Assembly: GCA_963740035.1 (NCBI GenBank)
Contig: CAVUDA010000012.1
Span: 41,971-105,970 of the forward strand
DNA: 64,000 nt
Direction of reading: 5' to 3'
From: an uncultured Acidobacteriota bacterium
GTDB lineage: Bacteria > Acidobacteriota > Terriglobia > Acidiferrales > UBA7541
Shown here: piece after piece, positions 1 through 10,078 of the stretch
Layout of the letters: the number at the start of each line of letters is the position of its first letter
Position numbering within the stretch: position 1 is the stretch's first letter
Translations under genes and position numbers: made by a program
Notes under the pieces: model-generated
Databases searched by the model: none
Seen by the model: only the letters and a program-made list of their open reading frames with translations
Told to the model about the DNA's origin: nothing

Positions 1-735
1 ACTCCCAAGGAACTCGAATCGGCTCTGCAAGGGCTACTGCGCCGCACCTACATGAAAAATCCTCATGTCGGCGTGTTCGTCCAGGAATTGCAAAGCCATC
101 CCGTCTCCGTTGTGGGCGCGGTGAAGATGCCGGGAGTATTCCAGATCCGCGGAACGAAGACGGTGATCGAGGTTCTTTCCATGGCCCAGGGCCTTGCGGA
201 CGACGCGGGCGATACGGTGCTCATCATGCGCGGCGCTGAATATCCTAAGCTGGGCAGTTCTAATGCCTCCCAACCCACGTCGCAGGAAAAGAACGGTGAA
301 ATAGAGGAGATCAACCTCAAGAAATTGCTGGACTCCGCAGATTCCGCCTGGAACGCGCCGGTCCGCCCCGGAGACATCGTCAAAGTGCCCCGCGCCGGAA
401 TCGTGTACGTCGTTGGAGAAGTTCAGAAACCGGGCGGTTTTGTCCTGCAGAACAACGAAAATATTTCCGTCCTTCAGGCGCTCGCGCTCGCCGAGGGCCC
501 GACGCACACTTCGGCGATCAGCCGGACTCGAATTATTCGCACGGACCCGGCCTCGGGAAAGCGAACCGAAATTCCAATGGACCTCGGCAAGATTTTTTCC
601 GGTAAAGCGCCGGACATGTTCCTGCAGCCAAAAGACATCGTTTTTGTTCCAAACAGTGCGGCAAAAAGCATCCTCTACCGAGGCTCGGCAGCCGCTATGC
701 AGACTGCTGCGGGCGTTGCAATTTACAAGTGGTGA
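1..735 (+). CDS. Polysaccharide export protein (Wza/OPX family), C-terminal part; 5' end lies outside the window
   Basis: Frame 1 is open from base 1 (TPKELESALQGLLRRTYMKNPHVGVFVQE...), so the listed M at 52 is internal. The VSVVGAVKMPGVF and GDIVKVP motifs and the repeated SLBB-like segment are typical of OPX exporters. It heads an EPS locus. Confidence 0.8.
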   Translation, partial: TPKELESALQGLLRRTYMKNPHVGVFVQELQSHPVSVVGAVKMPGVFQIRGTKTVIEVLSMAQGLADDAGDTVLIMRGAEYPKLGSSNASQPTSQEKNGEIEEINLKKLLDSADSAWNAPVRPGDIVKVPRAGIVYVVGEVQKPGGFVLQNNENISVLQALALAEGPTHTSAISRTRIIRTDPASGKRTEIPMDLGKIFSGKAPDMFLQPKDIVFVPNSAAKSILYRGSAAAMQTAAGVAIYKW

Positions 736-739
736 ACAC

Positions 740-3067
740 ATGGCTCCGGACGGCAACGACCAGAACAAGATGGAAGTGTTCACGGCGCGGGAAGTTCGCG
801 CGGAACAGCGCCGCGCGATACAGGGAGCGGTCCATCCGGCAACGATGGAAAAGCCCCCCGACCTTTTGGCCTGGTGGAGAGTCATTCGGAAGCGCCGTTG
901 GACGGTTCTGACCGCTTTTTCCGTGCTGTTTGTTACCGTCCTGGCCGGATCCATTTACGAGAAACCCGTTTACCGAGCCAAAGCGCTGATTGAGATTGAT
1001 AAGGAAGACCCCAGCGTCGCCAATCCGCAAGAGCTATTCCAACTGGATGAAGTTTCCGACGCCTACCTGGAAACGCAATACAAAGTTCTAGCCAGCGATG
1101 ATCTGGCGGAACGCGTCATCCATCAACTCGGCTTGGAAAGACGAGCCGAATTCCTACCTTCCTCGCTCGTCTCGCCGTGGAGGGCGAGCGCGGCGCCAGC
1201 TTCTCCCCCCGCCCCCCTGTCGACAGCGCGGCTGTGCCCGACCCGTTGGTCCAGGAAACCGTACTCACCCACTTCCAGGACCGTTTGGACATCAGGCCGA
1301 TCCGGCGTAGCCGCGCCGTCGAGCTTCGCTTCGATTCGCAGGATCCCGATTTGGCGGCGCGAGCCGTGAACGCGGTGGTCGAAAATTACATTCAAAAAAA
1401 TTTCGAGGCGCGGTGGGGCGCCGCGCAAAAAGCTTCCGGCTGGCTTTCACAGCAATTGCAGGACCTGAAAACCAAACTCGAAAAATCGCAAGACGATTTG
1501 CAGAAATATGCCGCGGATAACGGCCTTCTCTACCTAGTCACGGACAAAGGGCAACAGGAGAGCATCGTCAACCAGAGCGTTCGCGAAATACAGGATGAGC
1601 TGACCAAGGCCGAGGCGGACCGTTTCGAGAAAGAGTCGATTTTCCGGCTCGTGCAATCCGGCGATTACGCGTCGCTTCCCGGCGTATTTGACAACAAATT
1701 GTTGCAGGACCTAACCGTCCGGCTTGCGGACCTTCAGCGGGAGCACGCTCAGCTTGCCGCCACATTCACGGAAGACTATCCGAAGGTCAAGGAAACCCAG
1801 AGCCAGATCGCGGAAATTCAAAGTTCCCTGGAGAGGGAGCGCTGGCGCGCGGCGCAGAAAATCAGCAATGATTACTTCGCCGCGCTCCGGCGCGAAAAAT
1901 TGGTGCGGCAGGCGTTCGCGGAAAAACAGGCGGAGGCCAACCAGATTGCCGAAAAATCCGTGCAGTACGGAATCCTGAGCCAGGAAGTGGACACCAACAA
2001 AGGGTTTGTATGAAGGATTGTTGGAACGGCTGAAGGAAGCGAGCGTCACGGCGGGTCTGAAGGCCAGCAACATCCGGATCGTCGATCCCGCAACGGTTCC
2101 CTATAAACCGATCGCCCCAAATTATCCTCTCAATTTGGGGCTGGCGGCGTTTCTTGGTTTGGGGCTCGGGGTCTCGATGGCGTTCCTCAAGGAACATTTG
2201 GACCAGACCATTCGGTATAGCGAAGACGTATTTCACTACTTGGGTGTTCCGGTTCTGGGCTTTATCCCTACTTTCGGTGCCCTGAACGGGAGGAAGCACA
2301 AAGGTGTTGCACGCGCGGACCGGGAATTCATCTTCGGCATGGCCGGTTCGAGGGCCGTGGAAGGCGGTGCGCTGATCGAAGACCATTCCCGGCATGATCT
2401 GGGAATTCACAAAGGGTCCGCCTTTTCCGAGGCGTTTCGCGAGCTTCGAACTTCGGTGATTCTCTCCGCTTCCGGACGTTTCGCGAATTCCATTTTGGTG
2501 ACCAGCGCGCAGCCCGGTGAAGGGAAAACCACGGTCGCGGTGAACCTTGCATTTTCCCTGGCGCAGCTCGGCAAGCCGGTTCTTCTCGTCGATGCGGATA
2601 TGCGCCGTCCCAGCATTCAGAAGTATTTCCCCGAAAGCGGCTCGCAGCTGAGCAGCTATCTGGCGGGCCAGGGCGCGTGGCAACAAATGGTGTTTCCCAC
2701 GCCGATCAGCCGATTGCATGTTCTGCACTGCGGCCCTATCCCGGAAAATCCCTCCGAACTTCTTTCCTCGGACCGGATGCGGGCCCTGATTCAGGAATCG
2801 ATGGCGACCTATCGCTTCGTTATCCTGGATTCGCCGCCTCTTCTCAACCGGGCAGACAGCCGCATTTTGGGAAGCATGGTCGGCGCGACGATCCTCGTCG
2901 TCAAAGGAGGAGAGACGCCGCGCCAGGTCGTTCAGTACGCGGAATCGCAAGCGCGCTCCGTGGGAACCAATCTTATTGGGGTCGTTCTGAACAACCGCGA
3001 CTCCTCGTTGAATGACTACTCGTATTACGCCTGCGCTCGTCCCAATGAAGAAGCTGGCGCGGCATAG
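740..3067 (+). pseudogene. Wzc-like polysaccharide co-polymerase / BY-tyrosine kinase, frame broken twice
   Basis: One protein is spread over three frames. (a) 740-~1200: Wzz N-terminus with TM segment, WWRVIRKRRWTVLTAFSVLFV...YRAKALIEIDKE. (b) ~1200-2013: coiled-coil region, RLDIRPIRRSRAVELRFDSQDPDLAARAVNAVVENYI. (c) 2006-3067: LYEGLLERLKEA, second TM, Walker A SAQPGEGKTTVAVNLA, C-terminal Tyr cluster DYSYY. Shift 1 lies near the C-runs at 1203-1217. Shift 2 is at the ttt at 2005-2007; removing one t restores NKGLYEGLLERLKE. Confidence 0.75.
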
Positions 3068-3082
3068 TCCTCCCCAGTACAC

Positions 3083-4396
3083 GTGATATTTTCCAAAGCC
3101 AATTTCGGAACATTTTCCACAAGCCTGGTCATTCAGGCGTGCGGCGCAGGCACCGGCATTCTCACCGCTCGTCTGCTGGGGCCGGTTGCCCGGGGCGAAC
3201 TAGCCACGGTCATTTTATGGCCCGTGATTTTGAGTAACCTGGGGTTGATGGGTTGCAACTGGGTTCTTGCGCGGGAAGTCGCAAAGGATCCCGAAAAAGA
3301 GTGCGATTGGGCCGCTGTTGGAGTGACGGTCGGATTGGTTACCGCTGTGTTTTATCTTCTGGCCGGGTATTTTCTGATTCCGATGCTCCTTCCCGCGGAT
3401 AGAAGCAATTTGCTTCCCGTGGCGCGGCTTTGCCTGTTGCTCATTCCGCTGGATATTTCCAATCAAGTTCTGCTGGCTGTCGAGCACGGCCGGATGCGCT
3501 GGCGCCGTTACAATCTCCTGCGGTTGTCCTTCTTTATTTTTTATCTCATTCTCATCGGTCTCATCGGAGTGACCCACAGAAATCAGGTGCGTTGGTTCGT
3601 TTCGGCATTTCTCGCAAGCGAATTGCTGGCCGTCCTCTTGCGCCTTTGGATTCAGAGAAAGTCATTGGCTGCCGGCAAGTTGCGATTCGACCAATGCCGC
3701 CATCTATTGCAGGCAGGGACGCCATATTTCGGAGCGACCATCAGCAATCTGATTTCGCTGCAACTCGACACGATCCTGGTCGTGAGCCTGCTCGACACAA
3801 AATCCGCGGGAATATACGTCGTCGCCGCGGCCTTTGCCAACGGACCGTCTTCCCTCGGCGACGCCTTGGGGATCACTTCTTTCGCCGTCCTTTCGAATGA
3901 AAGGAATACAGAGAGCCAGGAAAGGATCATCATCGGAACATTTCGCCAATCCGCTTTGGTGTCTTGCGGCGTGGGGCTTGTGCTGGCCGGCCTGATCCCG
4001 TTCCTCGTCGTTCCACTGTTTGGATTCGAATTCTCCCGCGCCGTACGGCCGGCCGCGGTTTTGGCCCTGGCAGGGTCCTTGACGGCTTCAGCCAACATCT
4101 TGAATCAAGGATTGCGAGGCTTGGGACGCCCGCACTCGGGCCTGTTGAGCCAGTTGGTTGGAATCGGCGTCATGGCCCTCGCGGCTCTATTTCTCTTGCG
4201 GCGGTTCGGGCTCATGGGAATGGCCTTCGCCGTTTTAGTGAGCGGTTGCGCGCAGTTGCTGGTATTGGTTGCCGCCGCGGCGAAATGGCTGAGGATCTCG
4301 CCGCTCCAATTCTGGCCGTTTGGAGCGGGAAATGTCCGATTGTTTTTCCAGCAGGTCGCGGATTTGCGTTTGCGATATTCGCGGTCTCCTGCGTGA
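3083..4396 (+). CDS. Oligosaccharide flippase (Wzx / MOP superfamily polysaccharide biosynthesis protein)
   Basis: 437-aa polytopic membrane ORF with about 12 hydrophobic segments, placed in the EPS locus. It has a non-ATG start as listed in the ORF track. Confidence 0.65.
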   Translation: MIFSKANFGTFSTSLVIQACGAGTGILTARLLGPVARGELATVILWPVILSNLGLMGCNWVLAREVAKDPEKECDWAAVGVTVGLVTAVFYLLAGYFLIPMLLPADRSNLLPVARLCLLLIPLDISNQVLLAVEHGRMRWRRYNLLRLSFFIFYLILIGLIGVTHRNQVRWFVSAFLASELLAVLLRLWIQRKSLAAGKLRFDQCRHLLQAGTPYFGATISNLISLQLDTILVVSLLDTKSAGIYVVAAAFANGPSSLGDALGITSFAVLSNERNTESQERIIIGTFRQSALVSCGVGLVLAGLIPFLVVPLFGFEFSRAVRPAAVLALAGSLTASANILNQGLRGLGRPHSGLLSQLVGIGVMALAALFLLRRFGLMGMAFAVLVSGCAQLLVLVAAAAKWLRISPLQFWPFGAGNVRLFFQQVADLRLRYSRSPA

Positions 4397-4415
4397 ATTT
4401 TTTTTGGAATTCAAG

Positions 4416-5618
4416 ATGAGCCGAATCCTCGGATACTTTACTCCGGTCCGCGCATTTTCCAGCGCGGGGGAAATTCATATGCAGGCGGCATCCGGACGAG
4501 TCGCCGAAGCGCTTGCCAAACATTTTGAAAGAGTCTGCGTTTGCACCAGAGTTGTGCATGGCCCTCCACCCGCGCCCTTCGATGCCCCATTGAATGCACT
4601 GAATCTCGAACTCATCGAGCAGCCTTTCTGGTGCACCAGCGTCGGATCGCTGATCCATTTGTTCGGAATCGCTCGCGCCTACATGCGTACCTGCCGGCGG
4701 GCGGATGTTCTCTTGGTGCGGGGAGGGTGCCCCTACACGGGGGTGCTGTACTTTTGCGCCGCGATATTCAGGAAACCGATTTGCCATTGGATCGTCAGCG
4801 ATCCCGTCACTCTGCTGCGAACACACGCCAGGAGAGGGCGCGTGCGGGATACCTTCGCCTTGCTTTACGCGCTCCAGGATCGGCTCTTCACGCGCCTCGG
4901 GCGCTGGGTCACCAACGGCGTATTGATTTGCAACGGACGCGAAGTGGCCCGCGCCCACGCATCTCCCCGGACGGTCGAGATCGTTTCGAGCACGATTCGG
5001 GGAAGTGAATTTCTCTCTCGCACCGACACCTGCCGGGGCTCAGTCGTGCGAATCCTTTTTGTGGGCTTCCTCCGTCCGGAGAAAGGAATCGAGTACTTGC
5101 TGGACGCGGTTTCCCAGCTCAAGACGGATGTGCCATGGGAGCTGGAAATTGTCGGGCCGCGCCAATTTCCGGACTACTGCAAGAAACTTGAAGACATCGC
5201 CGCTGCGCTAGGCATTCGCGAGCGCATTCGCTGGGTGGGATACGTGCCGAACGGAAAGCCATTATTCGATCGCATGCGCGCCGCGGATCTTTTGGTACTA
5301 CCCACGCTCTCCGAGGGAACGCCGCATGTCCTGGTGGAAGCTCGAGCCAACGGCTTGCCGTGTATTTCCACCACGGTCGGAGGCGTCCCTACAACGGTTA
5401 CGGACGGATACGATGCTTTGCTCGTTCCTCCGAAGGCTGCGCGGGCTTTGGCGCGCGCCATAGAGCGTGTGATCGACGACGGCGAATTGCGCCGCGCGAT
5501 GATTCGCAACGGCTTGATGGCCGCGCGCAAGCAAACGCTGGATCGATTTATTGCCGTCGTGCTCAGAGAACTGAATACGAATGCGCCCGCCGAGAGAGCG
5601 GCAGTTCCGCAGGAATAG
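4416..5618 (+). CDS. Glycosyltransferase, GT4 (GT-B fold) family
   Basis: C-terminal half has the GT4 signature: RILFVGFLRPEKGIEYLLDA...LVLPTLSEGTPHVLVEARANGLPCISTTVGGVPTTV. Start placed at ATG 4416 (MSRILGYF), downstream of the flippase stop. Confidence 0.8.
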   Translation: MSRILGYFTPVRAFSSAGEIHMQAASGRVAEALAKHFERVCVCTRVVHGPPPAPFDAPLNALNLELIEQPFWCTSVGSLIHLFGIARAYMRTCRRADVLLVRGGCPYTGVLYFCAAIFRKPICHWIVSDPVTLLRTHARRGRVRDTFALLYALQDRLFTRLGRWVTNGVLICNGREVARAHASPRTVEIVSSTIRGSEFLSRTDTCRGSVVRILFVGFLRPEKGIEYLLDAVSQLKTDVPWELEIVGPRQFPDYCKKLEDIAAALGIRERIRWVGYVPNGKPLFDRMRAADLLVLPTLSEGTPHVLVEARANGLPCISTTVGGVPTTVTDGYDALLVPPKAARALARAIERVIDDGELRRAMIRNGLMAARKQTLDRFIAVVLRELNTNAPAERAAVPQE

Positions 5619-5628
5619 ATACGTCGCA

Positions 5629-6153
5629 ATGCGAGTGATCCAATATCTCTGGTTTCATTTCATCAGTGTTGCCACAAGCTGGTTGCCCGAACTACGGCCT
5701 GTCCTGCGCCTGCGCGGATTTTTGTTGCGGCCTTCGTTCAAACGCTGCGGGAGAAATCTTCAAGTGTCGCGGCATGTGACGATCAACTTTACGAATCGCC
5801 TGGAAATCGGCAGCGATGTCTTCCTCGCCACGGGCTGCTGGTTGCATGCACGGGGTGGGATCGTCCTGGAGGACGAGGTGCAGCTCGGGCCGTACTCGGT
5901 TCTGGTCAGTGGGGACCACACAAAACTCGATGGATCCTACCGGTTTGGCCGCAGCAATCTCGCGCCGATTCGCATTTGCGAAGGGTCGTGGGTCGCGGCC
6001 CACGCAACCGTCACGAAAGGTGTGGTCATCGGACGCGGCGCCGTTCTCGCGGCCAATTCCGTGGCTACACACGATGTTCCACCGTACACGATGGCGGGCG
6101 GCGTTCCCGCGAGTGTCATCCCTAAAAATGCGCGGATCGAAATGGTCTTGTAA
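5629..6153 (+). CDS. Hexapeptide-repeat (LbH) O-acetyltransferase
   Basis: Left-handed beta-helix repeats (IGSDVFLATGCWLHARGGIVLEDEVQLGPYSVLVSG...ICEGSWVAAHATVTKGVVIGRGAVLAANSVAT). Start chosen at ATG 5629, after the GT4 stop at 5618. Confidence 0.75.
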   Translation: MRVIQYLWFHFISVATSWLPELRPVLRLRGFLLRPSFKRCGRNLQVSRHVTINFTNRLEIGSDVFLATGCWLHARGGIVLEDEVQLGPYSVLVSGDHTKLDGSYRFGRSNLAPIRICEGSWVAAHATVTKGVVIGRGAVLAANSVATHDVPPYTMAGGVPASVIPKNARIEMVL

Positions 6154-6192
6154 GCGCAGGTACTGATACACACTACTTAAAAAACAACCCTC

Positions 6193-7500
6193 ATGTATCC
6201 CACACCCACACTCTGGTTTGAAATTAGCGTCGCAATATTGCTTGGATCCGTGTTTCTCTGGACGAAGCCCGAGTACGGCCTGTTCCTGTACGCGTTCTCG
6301 CTCGGATTTCCCGACTTCGCCTATCCCCTCGGCACTACGATCAACATTCGACTGGACGACGTACTCATCTTGCTTTTTCTGGCGCGCATCATTCTGTGGG
6401 CGCCCGCTCCTCTTTCTCGAAGTCAGAGGAGCATATTTACCTGGCAAGGGATTTTCCTTGCGGTCTGCCTCTTATCGATTGCTGTGGAAACCGCGCGGGG
6501 AATGCCGCCCGGAGGCTATGACGCAGCCAGAATGGCCGGATGCGCCGTCATCATTCTGGTCCTTCCTCTAATTGTGCAATCGGAAAAAAGGCTTCGATTT
6601 TTCGTGGCCGGCCTGATGGGCGGCGGCGTGGCCCTGGTGATTCAAGTTCACCAGCATCTGGGCGAAATCTCATCGAACGATTTTGCGAATTTTCAGCAAT
6701 TGAAAAGCGCCGCGACGTTCGGCACCTGGAATCCGAATACGATCGGCCAGGCCGCCTTGTTGCTCGTGTTCGCCGCCGGATTGGGCGGAATCGTTTTTTC
6801 AAAAACGCTGGTGAATAGAATTTTCTGGCCGTGTCTCGCCGCAGGATTCGCGCTCGTGCCCGCGCTGGTGTTTGTGCGCGGCACAAGCATAAGTATTGCC
6901 GCGGGCTTTCTCCTGTTTCTTTGCATGATGCGCCGGTGGACTTGGGTCCTGGTCTTCGCTGCAGTGTGTCTGTCCGCTATTCTGTATCTGCATTCGCGGG
7001 ACCCCCAACTGATGAAAGACGCCACCAGTGTGAATCTGAAAACAGGAGAAGGTTTCAGTCATCGGTTTGACCGGTGGGGCATGGCATTTCAGGCCATTCA
7101 AAAGGACCCTCTAATCGGGCAGGGATTTGGGCAGGAATTGAACTACTTAACTCTGATGGGAAGCGAAGGCCGGGCGCACAATACCTATTTGACGGTCTGG
7201 CTTGAATTGGGTTTGGGCGGTCTTCTTCTGTTCCTGGCTGCCGTATTCCAATTTATCCGCGCCGGAATTTTTCTCTACGGAAATCCACGTTTTCAATCCG
7301 AGGGAGCGTTGATTTTAGCGCTGATCTTCGCCATGAGTCTCGATAGTCTTGGTTTGGCGACACTGTATTGGGAAAAACTGCCCACCATCGCGCTGTCCCT
7401 GGCTATCGCGGTCATCGGCATGTGCGAGAGAAATGATCCGGAATTCGCCGTGAGAGATAATCGCATCTCGGCATACGAGCCAATCGCGCAACGTTCGTAG
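6193..7500 (+). CDS. O-antigen ligase/Wzy-like polymerase family membrane protein
   Basis: 435 aa with more than 10 TM segments and a large loop carrying RAHNTYLTVWLELGLGGLLLF, which resembles the Wzy_C/O-antigen ligase motif. EPS locus context. Confidence 0.65.
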   Translation: MYPTPTLWFEISVAILLGSVFLWTKPEYGLFLYAFSLGFPDFAYPLGTTINIRLDDVLILLFLARIILWAPAPLSRSQRSIFTWQGIFLAVCLLSIAVETARGMPPGGYDAARMAGCAVIILVLPLIVQSEKRLRFFVAGLMGGGVALVIQVHQHLGEISSNDFANFQQLKSAATFGTWNPNTIGQAALLLVFAAGLGGIVFSKTLVNRIFWPCLAAGFALVPALVFVRGTSISIAAGFLLFLCMMRRWTWVLVFAAVCLSAILYLHSRDPQLMKDATSVNLKTGEGFSHRFDRWGMAFQAIQKDPLIGQGFGQELNYLTLMGSEGRAHNTYLTVWLELGLGGLLLFLAAVFQFIRAGIFLYGNPRFQSEGALILALIFAMSLDSLGLATLYWEKLPTIALSLAIAVIGMCERNDPEFAVRDNRISAYEPIAQRS

Positions 7501-7524
7501 TCTCATCTCTGTTCCTCGGAAAAA

Positions 7525-8637
7525 TTGAATTTTGTGAGAGCTGATCCGCCTGCGGGAAAGGAATTTTCCGTGCCGCAAAGCCAAACGATTCATGTCTCGG
7601 TGGTAGTCCCTTGCCGGAATGAAATTCGGCATATCCGCGCGTTTCTCGATTCGGTGCTTCGCCAGGAGCTTGGCAGGATCGAAATGGAAATCCTGATCGC
7701 CGACGGCATGAGCGACGATGGAACTCGGCTGGTCCTCGACGAATTCGAAAGGAAATTTGCGGCCATTCGTGTCCTCGACAATCCCGAAAAAATCGCCTCC
7801 ACGGCGCTGAATCGGGCGATCCGCGAAGCACGGGGAGAGATCATCATCCGCATGGACGCCCACACGACCTACGCCACGGACTACGTCCGTTCCTGCGTCG
7901 AAGTGCTCCAGGAAACCAACGCTGAAAATGTGGGCGGCCCGGCATTGACGCGCGCGGACGGCTATATTGCGCAGGCTATCGCGTTTGGCTTCCACACACC
8001 CTTTGCCACCGGCGGCGCCAAGTTTCGCGATCCGCGATACACAGGCCCGGCGGACACGGTGATGTATGGCTGCTGGCGCAAATCGACCCTGGAACGCATC
8101 GGCCTGTTTGACGAAAAACTGGTCCGAGGCCAGGATCACGAATTGAACGCGCGGCTTCTCTTCTGTGGCGGAACATTGTGGCAGTCCCCAAAAATCACTT
8201 ACTGGTACCGGCCCAGGTCCAGCCTTTCCGAGCTGTTCCGGCAATACTTTCAATATGGGTTCTGGAAAGTTGCCGTGGTTCGCAAGCATGGGAGGCTCGC
8301 ATCCTGGCGAAATCTCGTGCCGGGTTCCTGCATGCTCGCGGGAGCCATTTTGCTGCTTTGCGCCGCGGCAGCGAGCCTCGGCGGATTGACCTGGTGGCGA
8401 GACTTGTTCCTTGTTGACTGGTTTACGTTGGTGGCCTCGTATTTCATCGCTTCATTCGCCACGGCCTTTTGTGTCGCGAAGCGGCAAGGGTGGTCCTTTC
8501 TTCCCTGCTTGCCCGTCGTTTTTGCTGTCTACCATTTCTCTTACGCTCTCGGTTTTGTTCTGGCCCTGTCGTATCGTCCCGCGACCGTGGGCCGCGCAAA
8601 TCCTGTTCGGAGAGTCCTTACGGCACTCACAAGATAA
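7525..8637 (+). CDS. Glycosyltransferase family 2 with C-terminal membrane segments
   Basis: VSVVVPCRNE...ILIADGMSDDGT...IIRMDAHT is a GT2 DxD-type core, with a hydrophobic C-terminal third. The exact start is uncertain: TTG 7525, or a GTG near 7570. Confidence 0.8.
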   Translation: MNFVRADPPAGKEFSVPQSQTIHVSVVVPCRNEIRHIRAFLDSVLRQELGRIEMEILIADGMSDDGTRLVLDEFERKFAAIRVLDNPEKIASTALNRAIREARGEIIIRMDAHTTYATDYVRSCVEVLQETNAENVGGPALTRADGYIAQAIAFGFHTPFATGGAKFRDPRYTGPADTVMYGCWRKSTLERIGLFDEKLVRGQDHELNARLLFCGGTLWQSPKITYWYRPRSSLSELFRQYFQYGFWKVAVVRKHGRLASWRNLVPGSCMLAGAILLLCAAAASLGGLTWWRDLFLVDWFTLVASYFIASFATAFCVAKRQGWSFLPCLPVVFAVYHFSYALGFVLALSYRPATVGRANPVRRVLTALTR

Positions 8638-8657
8638 TTCCTAATCCCCGTTGATTA

Positions 8658-9428
8658 GTGCCGGTTTCGCCAATAAGAAACGGCGGCCGGCGGGAGGATA
8701 TTCCCGTGGCCCAGCGCGAATATCAGCAAGCGATTTCCCTGTCCAGGCACGAAGAAATCCCGGAGCGTGCCCTGCGGCGTTTGTTTGACGCAGTTTGCGC
8801 AGCGGTGGGACTCGCCTGCTTGGTTCCTCTGTTTGCAATAATTGCCTTGGCGATCAAGCTCGATGATGGTGGGCCGGTTTTTTATTCGCAGTTTCGTGTA
8901 GGCAGGGGCCTTCGGAGATTCCGCCTACTCAAATTCCGGAGCATGTTTACGCATAGTGTCGGAGGCAGCCTGTTAACGGAACGCGAGGACGCGCGCATCA
9001 CGCGGGTGGGACATTTCTTGCGGAAACACAAACTGGACGAGCTGCCGCAGCTCATTAACGTGCTTTGCGGAGATATGCAATTAGTGGGCGTGCGACCGCA
9101 GGTGGAAATGTTTGTCGATTGTTTCCTGGAGGAGTACGGTGAACTCCTGCAGTCCCGCCCCGGGATTACCGACGTGTCCTCTCTCATCTTTCGGGATGAG
9201 GCCAGGTTCTTTTACAAGGGCTCGATCGAGGAGCAATACATCAAAAGAATTTTGCCCATCAAGCTGGAAATGTCCCTGAAGTATTCGAGGACTCGCACTT
9301 TCCTTTCGGACCTTGGAATATTGTTTCGGACGGTGCTGAGTCTGCCCTGTCCGCACACGGCTTGGGAAGGCACAAAATTCGATCCCGCCGCGCAATCGCT
9401 CTCCGAGTTCAGTTCTGGAAATTCCTGA
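8658..9428 (+). CDS. Priming sugar-phosphate transferase (bacterial sugar transferase family, WbaP/EpsL-like)
   Basis: RLFDAVCAAVGLACLVPLFAIIALAIKLDDGGPVFYSQFRVG...KFRSM...DELPQLINVLCGDMQLVGVRP matches the bacterial sugar transferase family. Start uncertain (GTG 8658 or a downstream GTG). Confidence 0.8.
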   Translation: MPVSPIRNGGRREDIPVAQREYQQAISLSRHEEIPERALRRLFDAVCAAVGLACLVPLFAIIALAIKLDDGGPVFYSQFRVGRGLRRFRLLKFRSMFTHSVGGSLLTEREDARITRVGHFLRKHKLDELPQLINVLCGDMQLVGVRPQVEMFVDCFLEEYGELLQSRPGITDVSSLIFRDEARFFYKGSIEEQYIKRILPIKLEMSLKYSRTRTFLSDLGILFRTVLSLPCPHTAWEGTKFDPAAQSLSEFSSGNS

Positions 9429-9464
9429 AAGTCCGGCTGAAAGGAATGCCGGTAGTGGTGCCAT

Positions 9465-9773
9465 TTGGTTTCCAGAGTCGGGATCGTGACTCGAATCCAG
9501 CGCAGCAAACAGGAGGGATGGAATCTATACATTCCAATCTGGACGACCGTTGCTTTTCTGGCAGCTATGGATATTTACTTGGACCATGAACACAGCGAGT
9601 CTTCAGGCGGAATGAATGGTCCGCTTTTCTTTTACGTGCTGGCAGCGTTCGCACTTGTGCCGCTTGCGTTTCTGGCGGCGGTCGTTTGGTATGCAGTTAC
9701 AAAAAGACGGACTCGTTTTTGCTGCGACTTTTTCGCTTTTCAAGGCGTTCTATTTCAGTGCAATGGAATCTGA
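9465..9773 (+). CDS. Possible small membrane protein (hypothetical)
   Basis: Two clear hydrophobic helices (IPIWTTVAFLAAMDIYL; PLFFYVLAAFALVPLAFLAAVVWYAV) are followed by a positive patch, TKRRTR. No recognisable family, and the start is unclear. Confidence 0.25.
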   Translation: MVSRVGIVTRIQRSKQEGWNLYIPIWTTVAFLAAMDIYLDHEHSESSGGMNGPLFFYVLAAFALVPLAFLAAVVWYAVTKRRTRFCCDFFAFQGVLFQCNGI

Positions 9774-10078
9774 TCCATTCCATCAAAACGATGAATTGGA
9801 CAAAATTCCAGGCCTCCCCTAGTCTCACACATGAGCAGATAGCAATCCTGACCACCCCGGGGCCGAATGCACACCCACATTCGGCCCTCCTCCCTCCAAA
9901 GTTTCAAGTCTTCCAAGGCCGCTAAGCTCCTTCCTGTCATATAATTCCAGGTTCAAAATCTGGATAGGCCCGGCGTCTACCTAATACAATAATCACAGTC
10001 ACGAATTTTTCATCCAAAGGCGCGTGTTGACCTGCGATAATTGGATGGTCGGCTCCCGCTTGTCAGCTTCAGAGTACG

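Noticed and set aside
34-954. Long minus-strand ORF (306 aa) antisense to the Wza and Wzc genes. Similar long antisense ORFs are listed at 1862-3082, 10232-11056, 11897-13057, 13156-14769, 17171-18133, 18627-19508, 21291-22061, 31246-32175, 44830-45570, 45903-46682, 47965-48984, 59523-60737, 61559-62923 and 62913-63911.
   Set aside because: These are shadow ORFs typical of high-GC DNA. They are Arg/Gly/Pro/His-rich with no recognisable motifs, and each lies opposite a gene with clear family signatures.
1190-2010. Programmed ribosomal frameshifting in wzc (and in czcA at 35246).
   Set aside because: There is no slippery heptamer plus downstream structure. The shifts have different signs, sit at plain homopolymers, and affect unrelated genes for which no recoding is known.
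9780-10078. 300-nt lower-GC non-coding gap with a 10-bp-stem hairpin (gggccgaatg-cacaccca-cattcggccc, 9860-9887), considered as a small RNA gene (6S, SRP, RNase P, tmRNA).
   Set aside because: None of the conserved cores of those RNAs is present (for example GGAAAGTCC for RNase P, or the tmRNA tRNA-like ends). The hairpin lacks a U-run. It may simply be a transcript-end structure after the EPS locus.
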